This document shows, piece after piece, positions 11,376 to 23,223 of a DNA stretch of 64,000 nucleotides (positions within the stretch are counted from its first letter, which is position 1; every line of letters starts with the position of its first letter). This DNA is from an uncultured Chloroflexia bacterium (GTDB taxonomy: Bacteria > Chloroflexota > Limnocylindria > Limnocylindrales > CSP1-4), in assembly GCA_963713075.1 (NCBI GenBank), contig CAVQKO010000014.1:566924-630923 (forward strand), written 5' to 3'. The notes below the pieces were generated by a model that was given only the letters and a program-made list of their open reading frames with translations, ran no database searches and had not been told where the DNA came from. A program made the translations under genes and the position numbers.

Positions 11376-14005
11376 TGCACGCTCCCCTCAACCGCGATCA
11401 GGAACTGGAAGCCGAGCTGGCCGTGGCCCTGGTTCTGGAACCGCACCTGAACCTCGCCCGTCCGCGGATCCACCCAGCGCCCCGGGTCCGGGAGCGTGTA
11501 GGGGGCGCCGACCGTCAGGGACCCGAGCTCCACCCATTGCCCGGCGCGCACGTCGTACACGTCCACGTCCGGCACCTGGCTGCTCGAGGTCAGGCAGCCC
11601 GCCGTCCCCGGGGTGCAACGGCTGCCGACGGGCGCGTTCGACGGCGTGCCGGACGGCATCGCCGTGACACCGCCGCTGGTCTCCGCGATCGTCACCTTCG
11701 ACGGCGTGAGCGTCCCGTCGAACGTCATCGGCCGATAGGACATCGTCATGGTGCCGGTGTCCATCCACAGCGTCGTCGGGTCCTTCGAGAACCCGGTCGC
11801 GGTCATCGAGGTGACCGTCCCCGGCAGCAGGTCGCCGAAGAAGCGGACCGGCCCGCCGACGGCCACGCGCAGGGGGATCTGGTACAGCACGTCGGCACTC
11901 TGGCTCGCGTGGACGCCATCGACCGACAGCGCGAGCACGGGGTCAGTTCCCCATGCGAGCAGCGTCGCCGAGTTCGAGACGAAGGTCGTCACGTTGCCCA
12001 TGGGCATCGCCATCTGGATCGGCCCGTTGGCGAAGCCCCCGCCAGAGACGACCCCGCCGCCCCCGAAGGCGCCCTGGAACGTGACGCCCGCGGCGTTGTT
12101 CGTGAGCTGGTCGATGATCGAGTGGCGCTCGTAGACCTGTCTCGCCGCGGCGTTGCCGCTGGAGTCCCAGATCTGGCCGAACAAGCGGTCCGAGAGCATC
12201 ATGAAGTTGTTCATGTCGAACGTTGCCAGCGTGAGGTTCACCGTTGCGCTGGCCCCAGCGCCGAGGCTGCCGAGCTTGGCCACCGAGTTGCCCAGCACGA
12301 TGGCGGTATCGGTGAGAGCGGTGGTCGAGCGGTTGGTGACGGTCCCCTTGATCACCGAGCCGTCGAGGCGCAGCTCAGCGTCGATCACCGGACCGCTGGT
12401 CGTGCCGTCCGACCGCAGGGTCTGGATAGAGCCGTAGCCGACCGGCATGTCGCGGATGCGCGTCGGGTCGCCCTCGAGGACGTCGAGCGCGCTCGAGGAC
12501 CCGCCGGTCATCATGGAGCTCGAGATGGGCGCCGACAGCAGGGTGTCGCCCGCCGCCCGGACCTGGAAGGAGCCGCGCGACGGGCTGAAGATTGCGGTCC
12601 ACGCCTGCGCGGTCGCCTGGTCGGTCCCCTGGGAGCCGCTGACGATGGCCACCTGGTGGAGCACGACGTCGGAACCGCGAGCGGCCACGCCGATGCCGAA
12701 GGCGGCCACCGTGAAGGTGGCGATCAGCACCGGAACGGTCACCCACGCCCACTCGCGCCGGTCGAGGACGCGGAGCACGACGTAGTTCGCCGGGCCGACG
12801 AGCAGGATGTACGCGATCAACAGCGCGAGCAGGCCCCCGGTGGCGGGCAGTGCCGAACTCGGCAGGCTGGATGCGACGCCGACCACCGTCGAGTCGTCGA
12901 CCACCGGGACGCTCACCGGCGCAGTCGGCAGCACACGCCGCCACAGCGCGGTGCTGGACTGGTCGCCCTGGGTCAGCAACGAGGCGGTCGGATCGAACCC
13001 GATCAGGGTCACCGAGCCCGCCCCGTACGCCATGTCGCCCGCGACCGTCCGGTCCCCCGAGGTGGCGAGGGCGCGCCCGTGGGCCAGCGTCCCCGCAAGC
13101 GCCGGGAGCGTCGAGCCGCCGCTGGGGACGGCGCCGAGGACGGAGCCCAGGACGGACGGGTTGACGTCCAGCGTGGCGGTTGGGCGGTAGGGGAGCAGGT
13201 CGTCAGGGATCGCGCTCAGCTCCGCGGGCCCAGCGGTACCGCCGACGATGACGAGCCGGCCGCCGCTGGCGATCCAGGTGCGCAGCGCCGCCAGTTGCGC
13301 CGTGCTCAGGCTCGAGGCGTCCACGTCCTGCCACACGAGCGCGTCGAGCACGGTCCACGGCTGAACGCGCTCGGGCAAGTCGGCCGCGGTCAGCGGCACG
13401 ATCGCGGATGTGCTGCCGGCGCTGGGCAGGAGGCCGAGCTGGTTGACGAGCTTCCCCGGGCTGCCCGCCAGCACCCCGATCGTGGTCGTGGAGGTGTCTG
13501 TGAACGAGATGCTGAGCTTTGCCGAGGCCAGGATCTTGCCGTCCGAGACGAGCTCCACCGTCGGGCTGGCGTTCATGGTGCTCGCATCGGGCTGGGCGAA
13601 CAGCAGGAACTGCTTGCGCGAGCCCGTTGCCAGCTCGGCCGGCTGGCTGAACCGCGTCCTCCCGTCTGTGCCGCCCAGGATCCGGAGCTCTCCCGTGACC
13701 GCTGGGCCGGTATTCGCAGCGTCGACGGCAATCCCGAACCAGCTGCCGAGGCGGACGTGCCCGCCGAGGAGGGCCCGTGCCGTCATCGTGAGGCTGCCGT
13801 CGCTCGTGAGCCCGCCGTCGGCACGAGCGCCAGACGGCAGGATTGCGAGGACGGCCAGCGCCAGCGGGACAGCGAGCGCGAGCGTCAGGATCGGATGGGC
13901 GGGCCGACCCGGCCCGGAGCGGGGTCGACGGCGCACGGGAGCTCCTCGGTGACGGACCGCCATGGTGTGGCACCTGAGACGCCGCGCGCCCAACAGAAGT
14001 TGCAT
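11372..14005 (-). CDS. Large secreted/membrane protein, possible GldG/DUF4350-like ABC-transporter auxiliary component
   Basis: 877-aa ORF. Signal-like HPILTLALAVPLALAVLAILPSGARA, an internal pair of TM helices (LLALLIAYILLVGPANYVVL; WVTVPVLIATFTVAAFGIGVAA), and an LVIVGG segment resembling the GldG-type fold (weak, from memory). GGAGG about 5 nt upstream of the ATG at 14005. First gene of the coupled cluster. Confidence 0.65.
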   Translation of the reverse strand: MQLLLGARRLRCHTMAVRHRGAPVRRRPRSGPGRPAHPILTLALAVPLALAVLAILPSGARADGGLTSDGSLTMTARALLGGHVRLGSWFGIAVDAANTGPAVTGELRILGGTDGRTRFSQPAELATGSRKQFLLFAQPDASTMNASPTVELVSDGKILASAKLSISFTDTSTTTIGVLAGSPGKLVNQLGLLPSAGSTSAIVPLTAADLPERVQPWTVLDALVWQDVDASSLSTAQLAALRTWIASGGRLVIVGGTAGPAELSAIPDDLLPYRPTATLDVNPSVLGSVLGAVPSGGSTLPALAGTLAHGRALATSGDRTVAGDMAYGAGSVTLIGFDPTASLLTQGDQSSTALWRRVLPTAPVSVPVVDDSTVVGVASSLPSSALPATGGLLALLIAYILLVGPANYVVLRVLDRREWAWVTVPVLIATFTVAAFGIGVAARGSDVVLHQVAIVSGSQGTDQATAQAWTAIFSPSRGSFQVRAAGDTLLSAPISSSMMTGGSSSALDVLEGDPTRIRDMPVGYGSIQTLRSDGTTSGPVIDAELRLDGSVIKGTVTNRSTTALTDTAIVLGNSVAKLGSLGAGASATVNLTLATFDMNNFMMLSDRLFGQIWDSSGNAAARQVYERHSIIDQLTNNAAGVTFQGAFGGGGVVSGGGFANGPIQMAMPMGNVTTFVSNSATLLAWGTDPVLALSVDGVHASQSADVLYQIPLRVAVGGPVRFFGDLLPGTVTSMTATGFSKDPTTLWMDTGTMTMSYRPMTFDGTLTPSKVTIAETSGGVTAMPSGTPSNAPVGSRCTPGTAGCLTSSSQVPDVDVYDVRAGQWVELGSLTVGAPYTLPDPGRWVDPRTGEVQVRFQNQGHGQLGFQFLIAVEGSVQ

Positions 14006-14184
14006 GCCCCCCTCCGAGCCATCTTGGGCGACCGGCCGTGCCCCGAACGCTGGCTATCGTAGAGCAGCGGGTGGGCCGCCGCGCATGGGATTTCTTGGCC
14101 GTTCGGGTCCGCCTGCCGTACGATGCTCGGGCCCCGGATCCGGCCGATATCGTCTTGGCCGCGCCCGCTCCTCCTGAGGAACCC

Positions 14185-15495
14185 GTGCCCGACATCCGCC
14201 CGTTCCGCGCGCTCCGCTACAACCCTGACGTCGCCGGCGACCCGGCGCTGCTGGTGGCCCCGCCGTACGACGTCATCGGCCCGGCGCTCCACGAGCGGCT
14301 GCTGGCCCGACACCCGCGGAACGCCGTCCGCCTCGACCTTCCCGCGGCGGTGCCGGGCGAGGACCCCGACGACCGCTACCGGCGCGTGGCGCGGACGGTT
14401 GCCGAGTGGCGTTCCGACGGGACGCTGCGGCGGGACCCCAGGCCGTCGGTCTACGTCTACGAGCAGGCGTACCGGGTGCCCGGCACCGACCTGCAGCGGA
14501 CCCAGCGCGGCTTCTTCGGGCGGCTGCGGATCGAGCCGTTCGGGCCGGGATCGGGCGTGCTGCCACACGAGCGGACCCTGTCGGCGCCCAAGGAGGACCG
14601 CTACCGCCTGCTGCGCGCCACCGGCATCAACACCTCGCCCGTGGTGGGCCTCTACGAGGACCCGGCGCGCGCGGCGGCGGGGGCGCTCGGATCGACCGTC
14701 GTGAACCCGCCGGCCGTTGACATCAGCGACGACGACGGCGTCCGCCACCGGCTGTGGGTGGTCCCGGCCGAGCCCGGCGGCCCCGCCGAGGCGATGATCG
14801 GCGCCGCGGCGGGGGGCCCGGTGTTCATCGCCGACGGCCACCACCGGTACGAGACGGCAGTCCGCTACCGCGACGAGCGGCGAGTCCACTCGTCGGAGAC
14901 CGACCCCGCGTTCGACTTCCTGCTCATGCTGTTCCTCGACGCGGGCGACGACCTCACCGTGCTGCCGACGCACCGGCTCGTGCGCGGGCTGGGCGCGGAG
15001 GGCCTGGCGCGCCTGGCGGACGGGCTGCCCCGGCTGTTCGCCGTGGAGGCCGCCACCGCCGAATCGCTCGCGGGGCGCTTCGGCGCCGCCGGCGGCCTCC
15101 GGGGCGGCGAGGGCCGGTTCGGCCTCCTGACCAGGGACCGGGCGTGGCGGCTGACGGCCCGCCGGGACGCGATCGCGCCGCTGCAGGGGACGGGCGGCGC
15201 GGCGGTGCGCGCGCTCGACGTCTCGCAGCTGGGACGCGCGCTCGAGGCGCTCGCCGGGATCGACGCGGCTGCCGTCGCGGCCGGCGAGCGCATCGCGTAC
15301 ACGAAGTCGGCGGCTGAGGCGGCCGCCGCGGTGGCCTCGGGCGACGGCGGCGTGGACGCCGCATTCCTCCTCGAGCCCACGCCCGTCGCGAGCATCCTCG
15401 CGGTGGCGCGCGACGGCGACGTGATGCCCCAGAAGTCGACGTACTTCTACCCAAAGGCCCTCACCGGGCTGCTCCTCAACCCGCACGAGTGGTAG
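14185..15495 (+). CDS. DUF1015 domain-containing protein
   Basis: Family-typical N-terminus PDIRPFRALRYNP...LVAPPYDVI. The ORF track opens at 14038, but GTG 14185 is preceded by GAGGAA at a good spacing and matches the usual family start. Confidence 0.85.
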   Translation: MPDIRPFRALRYNPDVAGDPALLVAPPYDVIGPALHERLLARHPRNAVRLDLPAAVPGEDPDDRYRRVARTVAEWRSDGTLRRDPRPSVYVYEQAYRVPGTDLQRTQRGFFGRLRIEPFGPGSGVLPHERTLSAPKEDRYRLLRATGINTSPVVGLYEDPARAAAGALGSTVVNPPAVDISDDDGVRHRLWVVPAEPGGPAEAMIGAAAGGPVFIADGHHRYETAVRYRDERRVHSSETDPAFDFLLMLFLDAGDDLTVLPTHRLVRGLGAEGLARLADGLPRLFAVEAATAESLAGRFGAAGGLRGGEGRFGLLTRDRAWRLTARRDAIAPLQGTGGAAVRALDVSQLGRALEALAGIDAAAVAAGERIAYTKSAAEAAAAVASGDGGVDAAFLLEPTPVASILAVARDGDVMPQKSTYFYPKALTGLLLNPHEW

Positions 15496-15508
15496 GGTCA
15501 CTGTCCCG

Positions 15509-16384
15509 ATGGCCGACCTGACCCCTCCCCCCGACCGCATCCTGAGCCGACCCTCGTCGGGCGGGCGCCCGGTGCGCAAGGACGAGACGGAGCTCGCGGA
15601 CCGCGGCCTCTACGTGGAGTCGTGGCTGCCGGAGCGCCGCTCACGCCGCAAGCCGCTGCTGTTCGTCCACGGCGCGCTCGGCGGCTCCTGGGTCTGGGAG
15701 CGCTACCTCCACCACTTCGCCGCCCGCGGCTGGGAGGGCCACGCGCTCAACCTGCGCAACCACTACTGGAGCCAGACCGCCGACGCGACGTCGCTCACGA
15801 TCGAGTCCTACACCGAGGACGTCATCGCCGCGATGGACAAGCTGGGCCCCAGTGTCGTGGCGATCGGCCACGGCATGGGGGGCCTGCTGGTGCTCAAGGC
15901 CATCGAGCGGGCGCCGGTCGCGGCCTACGTCCTGCTGGCGCCGGAGCCGCCGCGGGAGGTGCGCGAGCCGGCGCGCCCGCACGAGGTCCGCGAGGTGCCC
16001 GACGCCTGGGGCCGCGCCGAGCTGGGCTGGGAGACGCTGCCGGAGAAGCTCATCCGCGAGCAGCGGGACCTCACCGTCGCCGACGTCGTGCGCATCCAGC
16101 ACCTGCTCGGCCAGAAGCCGTTCGAGTCCGGCCCGGCGCGCCGACAGGTCCTCACCGGCGTCCCGGTCGACCGGGCCGCCCTGCCGGACGTGCCGCGCCT
16201 GGTCATCGGCGCGGGCCTCGACACGTTCATCCGCGAGCCCGACGTGGAGCGGCTGGCGGAGTGGCTCGACGCCCCGTACGAGCCGTTCGGCGCCCACTCC
16301 CACTATGGCCTGCTGCTCGGCGAGCAGAGCTACCTGCAGGTTGCCGACACGCTCCGCGCGTTCCTGGAACAGCACCGCCTGTAG
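15509..16384 (+). CDS. Alpha/beta hydrolase
   Basis: 291-aa ORF. LLFVHGALGGSWVW and nucleophile-elbow-like IGHGMGG motifs. Confidence 0.85.
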   Translation: MADLTPPPDRILSRPSSGGRPVRKDETELADRGLYVESWLPERRSRRKPLLFVHGALGGSWVWERYLHHFAARGWEGHALNLRNHYWSQTADATSLTIESYTEDVIAAMDKLGPSVVAIGHGMGGLLVLKAIERAPVAAYVLLAPEPPREVREPARPHEVREVPDAWGRAELGWETLPEKLIREQRDLTVADVVRIQHLLGQKPFESGPARRQVLTGVPVDRAALPDVPRLVIGAGLDTFIREPDVERLAEWLDAPYEPFGAHSHYGLLLGEQSYLQVADTLRAFLEQHRL

Positions 16385-16472
16385 CGGCCCGCAGGCCCGC
16401 GCGGCCCGGTTGCGGGGTGCCGCTGGACCCTGCTATCCTGCGCCGCCGGTCGCGCACGTGGCCGAGCGACTC

Positions 16473-16549
16473 GCCGCATTCGTCTAGAGGCCCAGGACAC
16501 CGCCCTCTCAAGGCGGAGATCATCGGTTCGAATCCGATATGCGGTACCA
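16473..16549 (+). tRNA. tRNA-Glu (anticodon CUC)
   Basis: GCCGCATTCGTCTAGAGGCCCAGGACACCGCCCTCTCAAGGCGGAGATCATCGGTTCGAATCCGATATGCGGTACCA. The D-arm and anticodon stem are nearly identical to E. coli tRNA-Glu as I remember it. Anticodon loop is CTCTCAA, the T-arm is ATCGG/TTCGAAT/CCGAT, and CCA is encoded. The 1-72 pair is a G-U wobble. Confidence 0.9.
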
Positions 16550-16563
16550 GCGATTCGCCCCCG

Positions 16564-16598
16564 ACGCCCCCGGTCCGCGCCGGGGGCGTTGTCATTCT
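16564..16598 (+). terminator. Intrinsic terminator-like hairpin after tRNA-Glu
   Basis: ACGCCCCCGG (16564-16573) pairs with CCGGGGGCGT (16580-16589), followed by TGTCATTCTC. Confidence 0.5.
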
Positions 16599-16732
16599 CG
16601 GTGAGGGTCGGGCGCGGGCACCGGGCACGGCAGCCCGGCCGCCACGAGCGAACTGGTGCGCCCGCCCGGGTGTTCGCGCACGCTGCGTGCAGCGCACGCG
16701 CCCGGCCCCCGTCGGTGCCGGGTCAGAGCCGA

Positions 16733-16738
16733 TAGACT
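16733..16738 (+). promoter_or_regulatory. Candidate -10 element (TAGACT) upstream of the DUF1611 gene
   Basis: GATAGACTCG lies 33 nt before the ATG at 16772. The same TAGACT hexamer sits at a promoter-like distance before tRNA-Arg and before the J-domain gene at 57716. Confidence 0.3.
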
Positions 16739-16771
16739 CGCAGGCGCCCCTCGACCCGCCAGGAAGGACCC

Positions 16772-17902
16772 ATGCCGCCGACCGCCGACCGCCGCCTCGT
16801 GATCCTCGCTGAGGGCAACTTCGGCTACCACCACGGCAAGACCGCGATGGGCGTCGTCCGGTTCGGCCAGGACAAGGTCGTCGCGGTGATCGACTCGACG
16901 CAGGCGGGCCGCAACGTCCGCGAGTGGCTCGGCGACACGGGGCGCTACGACATCCCGATCGTGGCCGGCATCTCGGACGCGCTCGGGTTCCTGCCCCGCG
17001 CCAACGGCCTGCTGATCGGCATCGCGCCCACCGGGGGGAAGCTGCCCGACGAGTGGCGCGCGACGATCCTCACCGCGATCCGCTCAGGACTCGACGTCCA
17101 CTCGGGCCTCCACACGTTCCTGGGCGACGACCCCGAGTTCGTCGAGGCGGCCCGCACATCCGGCGTGCGGCTCATCGACTACCGCCGCCCGCCCGAGCGC
17201 ATGGAGACCTCGGTGGGCCGCCTCCACGAGCCGGGCAAGCGCGTGATCCTCACCGTCGGCACCGACTGCGCCATCGGCAAGATGTCGGTCGCACTCGAGC
17301 TCCGCCGGGCGGCGACCGGGAGCGGCCGGACCGCGTCGTTCGTGGCCACCGGCCAGACCGGCATGATGATCGAGGGCTGGGGCGTGGCCGTGGACCGCGT
17401 GATCAGCGACTTCGTCCAGGGCACCTGCGAGTGGCTGAGCGAGGAGGGCGAGCGGCGCGGGGACTGGGTGCTGGTGGAGGGCCAGGGCTCGCTCGACCAC
17501 CCCGCGTACAGCTCGGTCACGCTGGGGCTGATCCACGGGTTCACGCCCCAGTCGATGGTGCTGGTGCACATGCCCGGCCTCGAGGACCACGACTGGGACC
17601 ACCTGCCGGAGCGCAGGTTCCCGCTCCAGCCGCTGCCCGACTTCATCCGCGTCCACGAGGAGGTGGCCGGGCTGGTGGCGCCGTCCCGCGTGGTCGCGGT
17701 GGCCCTCAACACCTCCCGCATCTCCGACGAGGCCGACGCCCGGCGGGTGATCGAGGCGACCGCCGCCGAGACCGGCCTGCCGTGCGACGACCCGGTGCGC
17801 TTCGGCGGCGATGCCCTCTGGGCGCAGATCGCTGCCGCGACCGAGGCGCTGCCGTGGGTGGCCGCCAACGACGCGCGGTCCGCCGCCGGGGCCACGGCAT
17901 GA
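16772..17902 (+). CDS. DUF1611 domain-containing protein (DgcN-like putative N-acetyltransferase)
   Basis: 376-aa ORF with RLVILAEGNFGYHHGKTAMGVVRF, typical of DUF1611. AGGAAGGA RBS. ATGA overlap with the epimerase gene. Confidence 0.85.
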   Translation: MPPTADRRLVILAEGNFGYHHGKTAMGVVRFGQDKVVAVIDSTQAGRNVREWLGDTGRYDIPIVAGISDALGFLPRANGLLIGIAPTGGKLPDEWRATILTAIRSGLDVHSGLHTFLGDDPEFVEAARTSGVRLIDYRRPPERMETSVGRLHEPGKRVILTVGTDCAIGKMSVALELRRAATGSGRTASFVATGQTGMMIEGWGVAVDRVISDFVQGTCEWLSEEGERRGDWVLVEGQGSLDHPAYSSVTLGLIHGFTPQSMVLVHMPGLEDHDWDHLPERRFPLQPLPDFIRVHEEVAGLVAPSRVVAVALNTSRISDEADARRVIEATAAETGLPCDDPVRFGGDALWAQIAAATEALPWVAANDARSAAGATA

Positions 17903-18987
17903 CCTTCTCCATCCGCTTCCGCACCCTGGAGCTGCCGCTGCGCGACCCGTTCGTCATCGCGCGCTCGGTGCCGGGCGAGGGACGCCGGATCACGACCGTC
18001 GTCGCCGAGCTGGGTGACGACGCCGACGGGGTCGACGGGCCGGTCGGGCTCGGGGAAGGGTATCCCGAGGCCTATTACGGCGACACCCCCGAGACGATGG
18101 CCGCCGTCGCGCCGGTGCTGCTCGCCGCCGTGGAGCCGGTGGCCGATGGACTCCGGAGCGGGCTGGCCGAGGCGCGCGCCGCCCTCGAGGAGGCCGCCGA
18201 CCGGATGGCGGGTGCCCTGGCCCACCACGGCGCCGCCAAGTGCGCGATCGACATCGCGCTCCACGACCTGGTCGGCAAGCGGCTGGGGATCACGGTCCGC
18301 GAGCTCCTCGAGATGCCCGCGGACCGCCCGCCCACCGACTTCACGCTCGGCATCGACACGCCCGAGGTGGTCGCCGAGCGCGCCCGCCGGGCGGCCGACT
18401 TCCCGGCCCTCAAGATCAAGGTGGGCGGCCCGTCCGACATCGCCACCCTCGAGGCGGTGCGCCGGGTCTACGACGGGCCGATCCGGGTCGACGCCAACAC
18501 CGGCTGGACGCTCGACGGGGCGACGGAGCTGCTGCCGGTGCTGGAGCAGCTCGGGGTCGAGCTCGTCGAGCAGCCGTTCCCCGCTCGTCGGCTGGACCTG
18601 CTGCGCGAACTCCAGGCGCGCTCCCCGCTGCCGGTCGTGGCCGACGAGAGTGCGGTCACGATCGAGGACCTCGACGCGCTGGCGGGGGTCGTGGCGGGCG
18701 TCAACGTGAAGCTCGCGAAGGTGGGCGGGGTTGGCCCCGCGAAGCGGATGCTCGCCCGCGCCCGCGAGATGGGCTTCCGGACGTTCCTGGGCTGCATGGA
18801 GGAGACATCGGTGGTCATCGCGGCGTCGGCGGTCGTGTCGCCGCTCGCCGAGTGGGTCGATCTGGACGGCTGCCTGCTGCTCGCCGACGACCCCGTCACC
18901 GGCCTCGAGATCGGCCCCGACAAGGTCTGGAGGCTGTCGCCGAGACCGGGCCTGGGGCTCGAGCTGCGCGGCGACAGCCGGCCATAG
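17899..18987 (+). CDS. Enolase-superfamily dipeptide epimerase / N-acyl amino acid racemase-like (DgcA-like)
   Basis: MTFSIRFRTLELPLRDPFVIARS...ALKIKVGG...IRVDANTGW...VEQPF...VADES...VNVKLAKVGG, i.e. the MR/MLE-type metal and catalytic-lysine motifs. The start ATG overlaps the upstream stop. The 16924..18987 track ORF is this gene plus an out-of-frame extension. Confidence 0.9.
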   Translation: MTFSIRFRTLELPLRDPFVIARSVPGEGRRITTVVAELGDDADGVDGPVGLGEGYPEAYYGDTPETMAAVAPVLLAAVEPVADGLRSGLAEARAALEEAADRMAGALAHHGAAKCAIDIALHDLVGKRLGITVRELLEMPADRPPTDFTLGIDTPEVVAERARRAADFPALKIKVGGPSDIATLEAVRRVYDGPIRVDANTGWTLDGATELLPVLEQLGVELVEQPFPARRLDLLRELQARSPLPVVADESAVTIEDLDALAGVVAGVNVKLAKVGGVGPAKRMLARAREMGFRTFLGCMEETSVVIAASAVVSPLAEWVDLDGCLLLADDPVTGLEIGPDKVWRLSPRPGLGLELRGDSRP

Positions 18988-19289
18988 CACGCCACGACGG
19001 GCCGTGCAAGGCGAGCCCGCAGCGGTGCGTCCACAGACTTCGCTGGTCCCCCGGGCGCTGTCCACCGAAGCCCCCAACCTGTGGACAAGTCGGTGTGCAA
19101 CATCGTGGAGAAGGCCCTTCCGCCCCGCCCGCCGCGACCGTAGGATTCACCGGGTCGTCGATGCCCGGGAGGCAACCGCAAGGGGGCGCCGGCGGACCAG
19201 ACCACAGACTGCCCAGGCCGGTGGGCCGCCCCTCCGATGGGGCCCGTTCCCGCCGCCGTGCCGTTCCAGCCCCCGGAGGACTCGTCTTC

Positions 19290-19640
19290 ATGCTGCCCGC
19301 AAGAACCGCGACGACCGCTGCGCCCTGCACCAAGGAGGCCGAGGCGTTCGTGCGGTTCTGCTACCAGCGCCGCCGGGTGGGGTGGCCCGAGCTGTACGAC
19401 GAGATGTGCCACGTCGCCACGCGGGGGCTGTACCGCGGCATGAGCCCCGATGCGCTCCTCGAGGTGGGCGTGGGGTTCAGCCTGTTCGAGACGCCGCGGA
19501 TGGCGCAGCTGGTGCATCGCGTGGTGGGCGAGGAGCTGGCCGCCCGGCGCGCAGCCCGTGCCGCGGCGCTCGAGACGGCCAAGGCCGATGGCGCGAGCGG
19601 CTCGCCCTCGGCACAGGACCTGGCCGCCAGCGCCGCCTGA
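19290..19640 (+). CDS. Small conserved-looking hypothetical protein (116 aa)
   Basis: GGAGGA lies 9 nt upstream of the ATG at 19290. MLPARTATTAAPCTKEAEAFVRFCYQRRRVGWPELYDEMCHVATRGLYRGMSPDALLEVGVGFSLFETPRMAQLVHRVVGEE has a normal amino-acid composition (F, Y, W, M, C, K), unlike the shadow ORFs. Confidence 0.6.
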   Translation: MLPARTATTAAPCTKEAEAFVRFCYQRRRVGWPELYDEMCHVATRGLYRGMSPDALLEVGVGFSLFETPRMAQLVHRVVGEELAARRAARAAALETAKADGASGSPSAQDLAASAA

Positions 19641-19860
19641 TCCAGCCTGCCGGGCGGGTCCCGCCGGGGCCCCCTCGGCCCGGCCTGGCCGCTCATCGAG
19701 CCCGGACCTTCCCCTTGGCTGCATGACGCCGGCGTAGCCGGCCCCCGGAGCGCACCCCACGTTCGTGGGATTGGGTTCCGCGATCCCCGACTCCGTACAA
19801 TCGGCACGCGGCTGCCGGCGTCCCCCGTTGCGGCCGCGAGGGTCGTGCCAGTGGGGAGCC

Positions 19861-22887
<3,027 letters not shown>

Positions 22888-22915
22888 CGCGGCGGCGGAC
22901 CGGTCGGCCCGCGGG

Positions 22916-23143
22916 TCAGGCGCGAATGCGCCGCCTGGCCATCTCGCCCTCGATCTGGCGCTCGGCCTCGACGTAGCGGTCGATCTGCTCGCGCAGCTGG
23001 TTGGCCTCGGGGGTGTAGAGGTGGACCTGCTGCTGGAGGATGTACGAGAGGCGCCGGCTCGTCATCCGGACGTGGTCGAGGTTCTTCATCAGGACCAGCG
23101 GGTCCATCGCGGCGAGGTCGGACGGGGGGTACATCTCGTTCAT
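22916..23143 (-). CDS. Small hypothetical protein (75 aa), predicted helical
   Basis: Internal ATG of the 22916..23254 ORF. MNEMYPPSDLAAMDPLVLMKNLDHVRMTSRRLSYILQQQVHLYTPEANQLREQIDRYVEAERQIEGEMARRRIRA has a realistic composition. The N-terminal extension in the track is Ala/Pro/Arg junk. Confidence 0.5.
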   Translation of the reverse strand: MNEMYPPSDLAAMDPLVLMKNLDHVRMTSRRLSYILQQQVHLYTPEANQLREQIDRYVEAERQIEGEMARRRIRA

Positions 23144-23223
23144 CGCCCAACATGCTAGCCGAAGCGGGCGGCCCGGCGCGGGGCCGCGGGGCGGCGTCGG
23201 CGCGCGGCTTCGGGACCGGGGTG

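Noticed and set aside
10411-11391. N-terminal 327 aa of the 746-aa ORF 9151..11391
   Set aside because: This part overlaps the ABC ATPase gene in another frame and is Arg/Pro-rich. The real permease begins at the TTGA junction at 10410.
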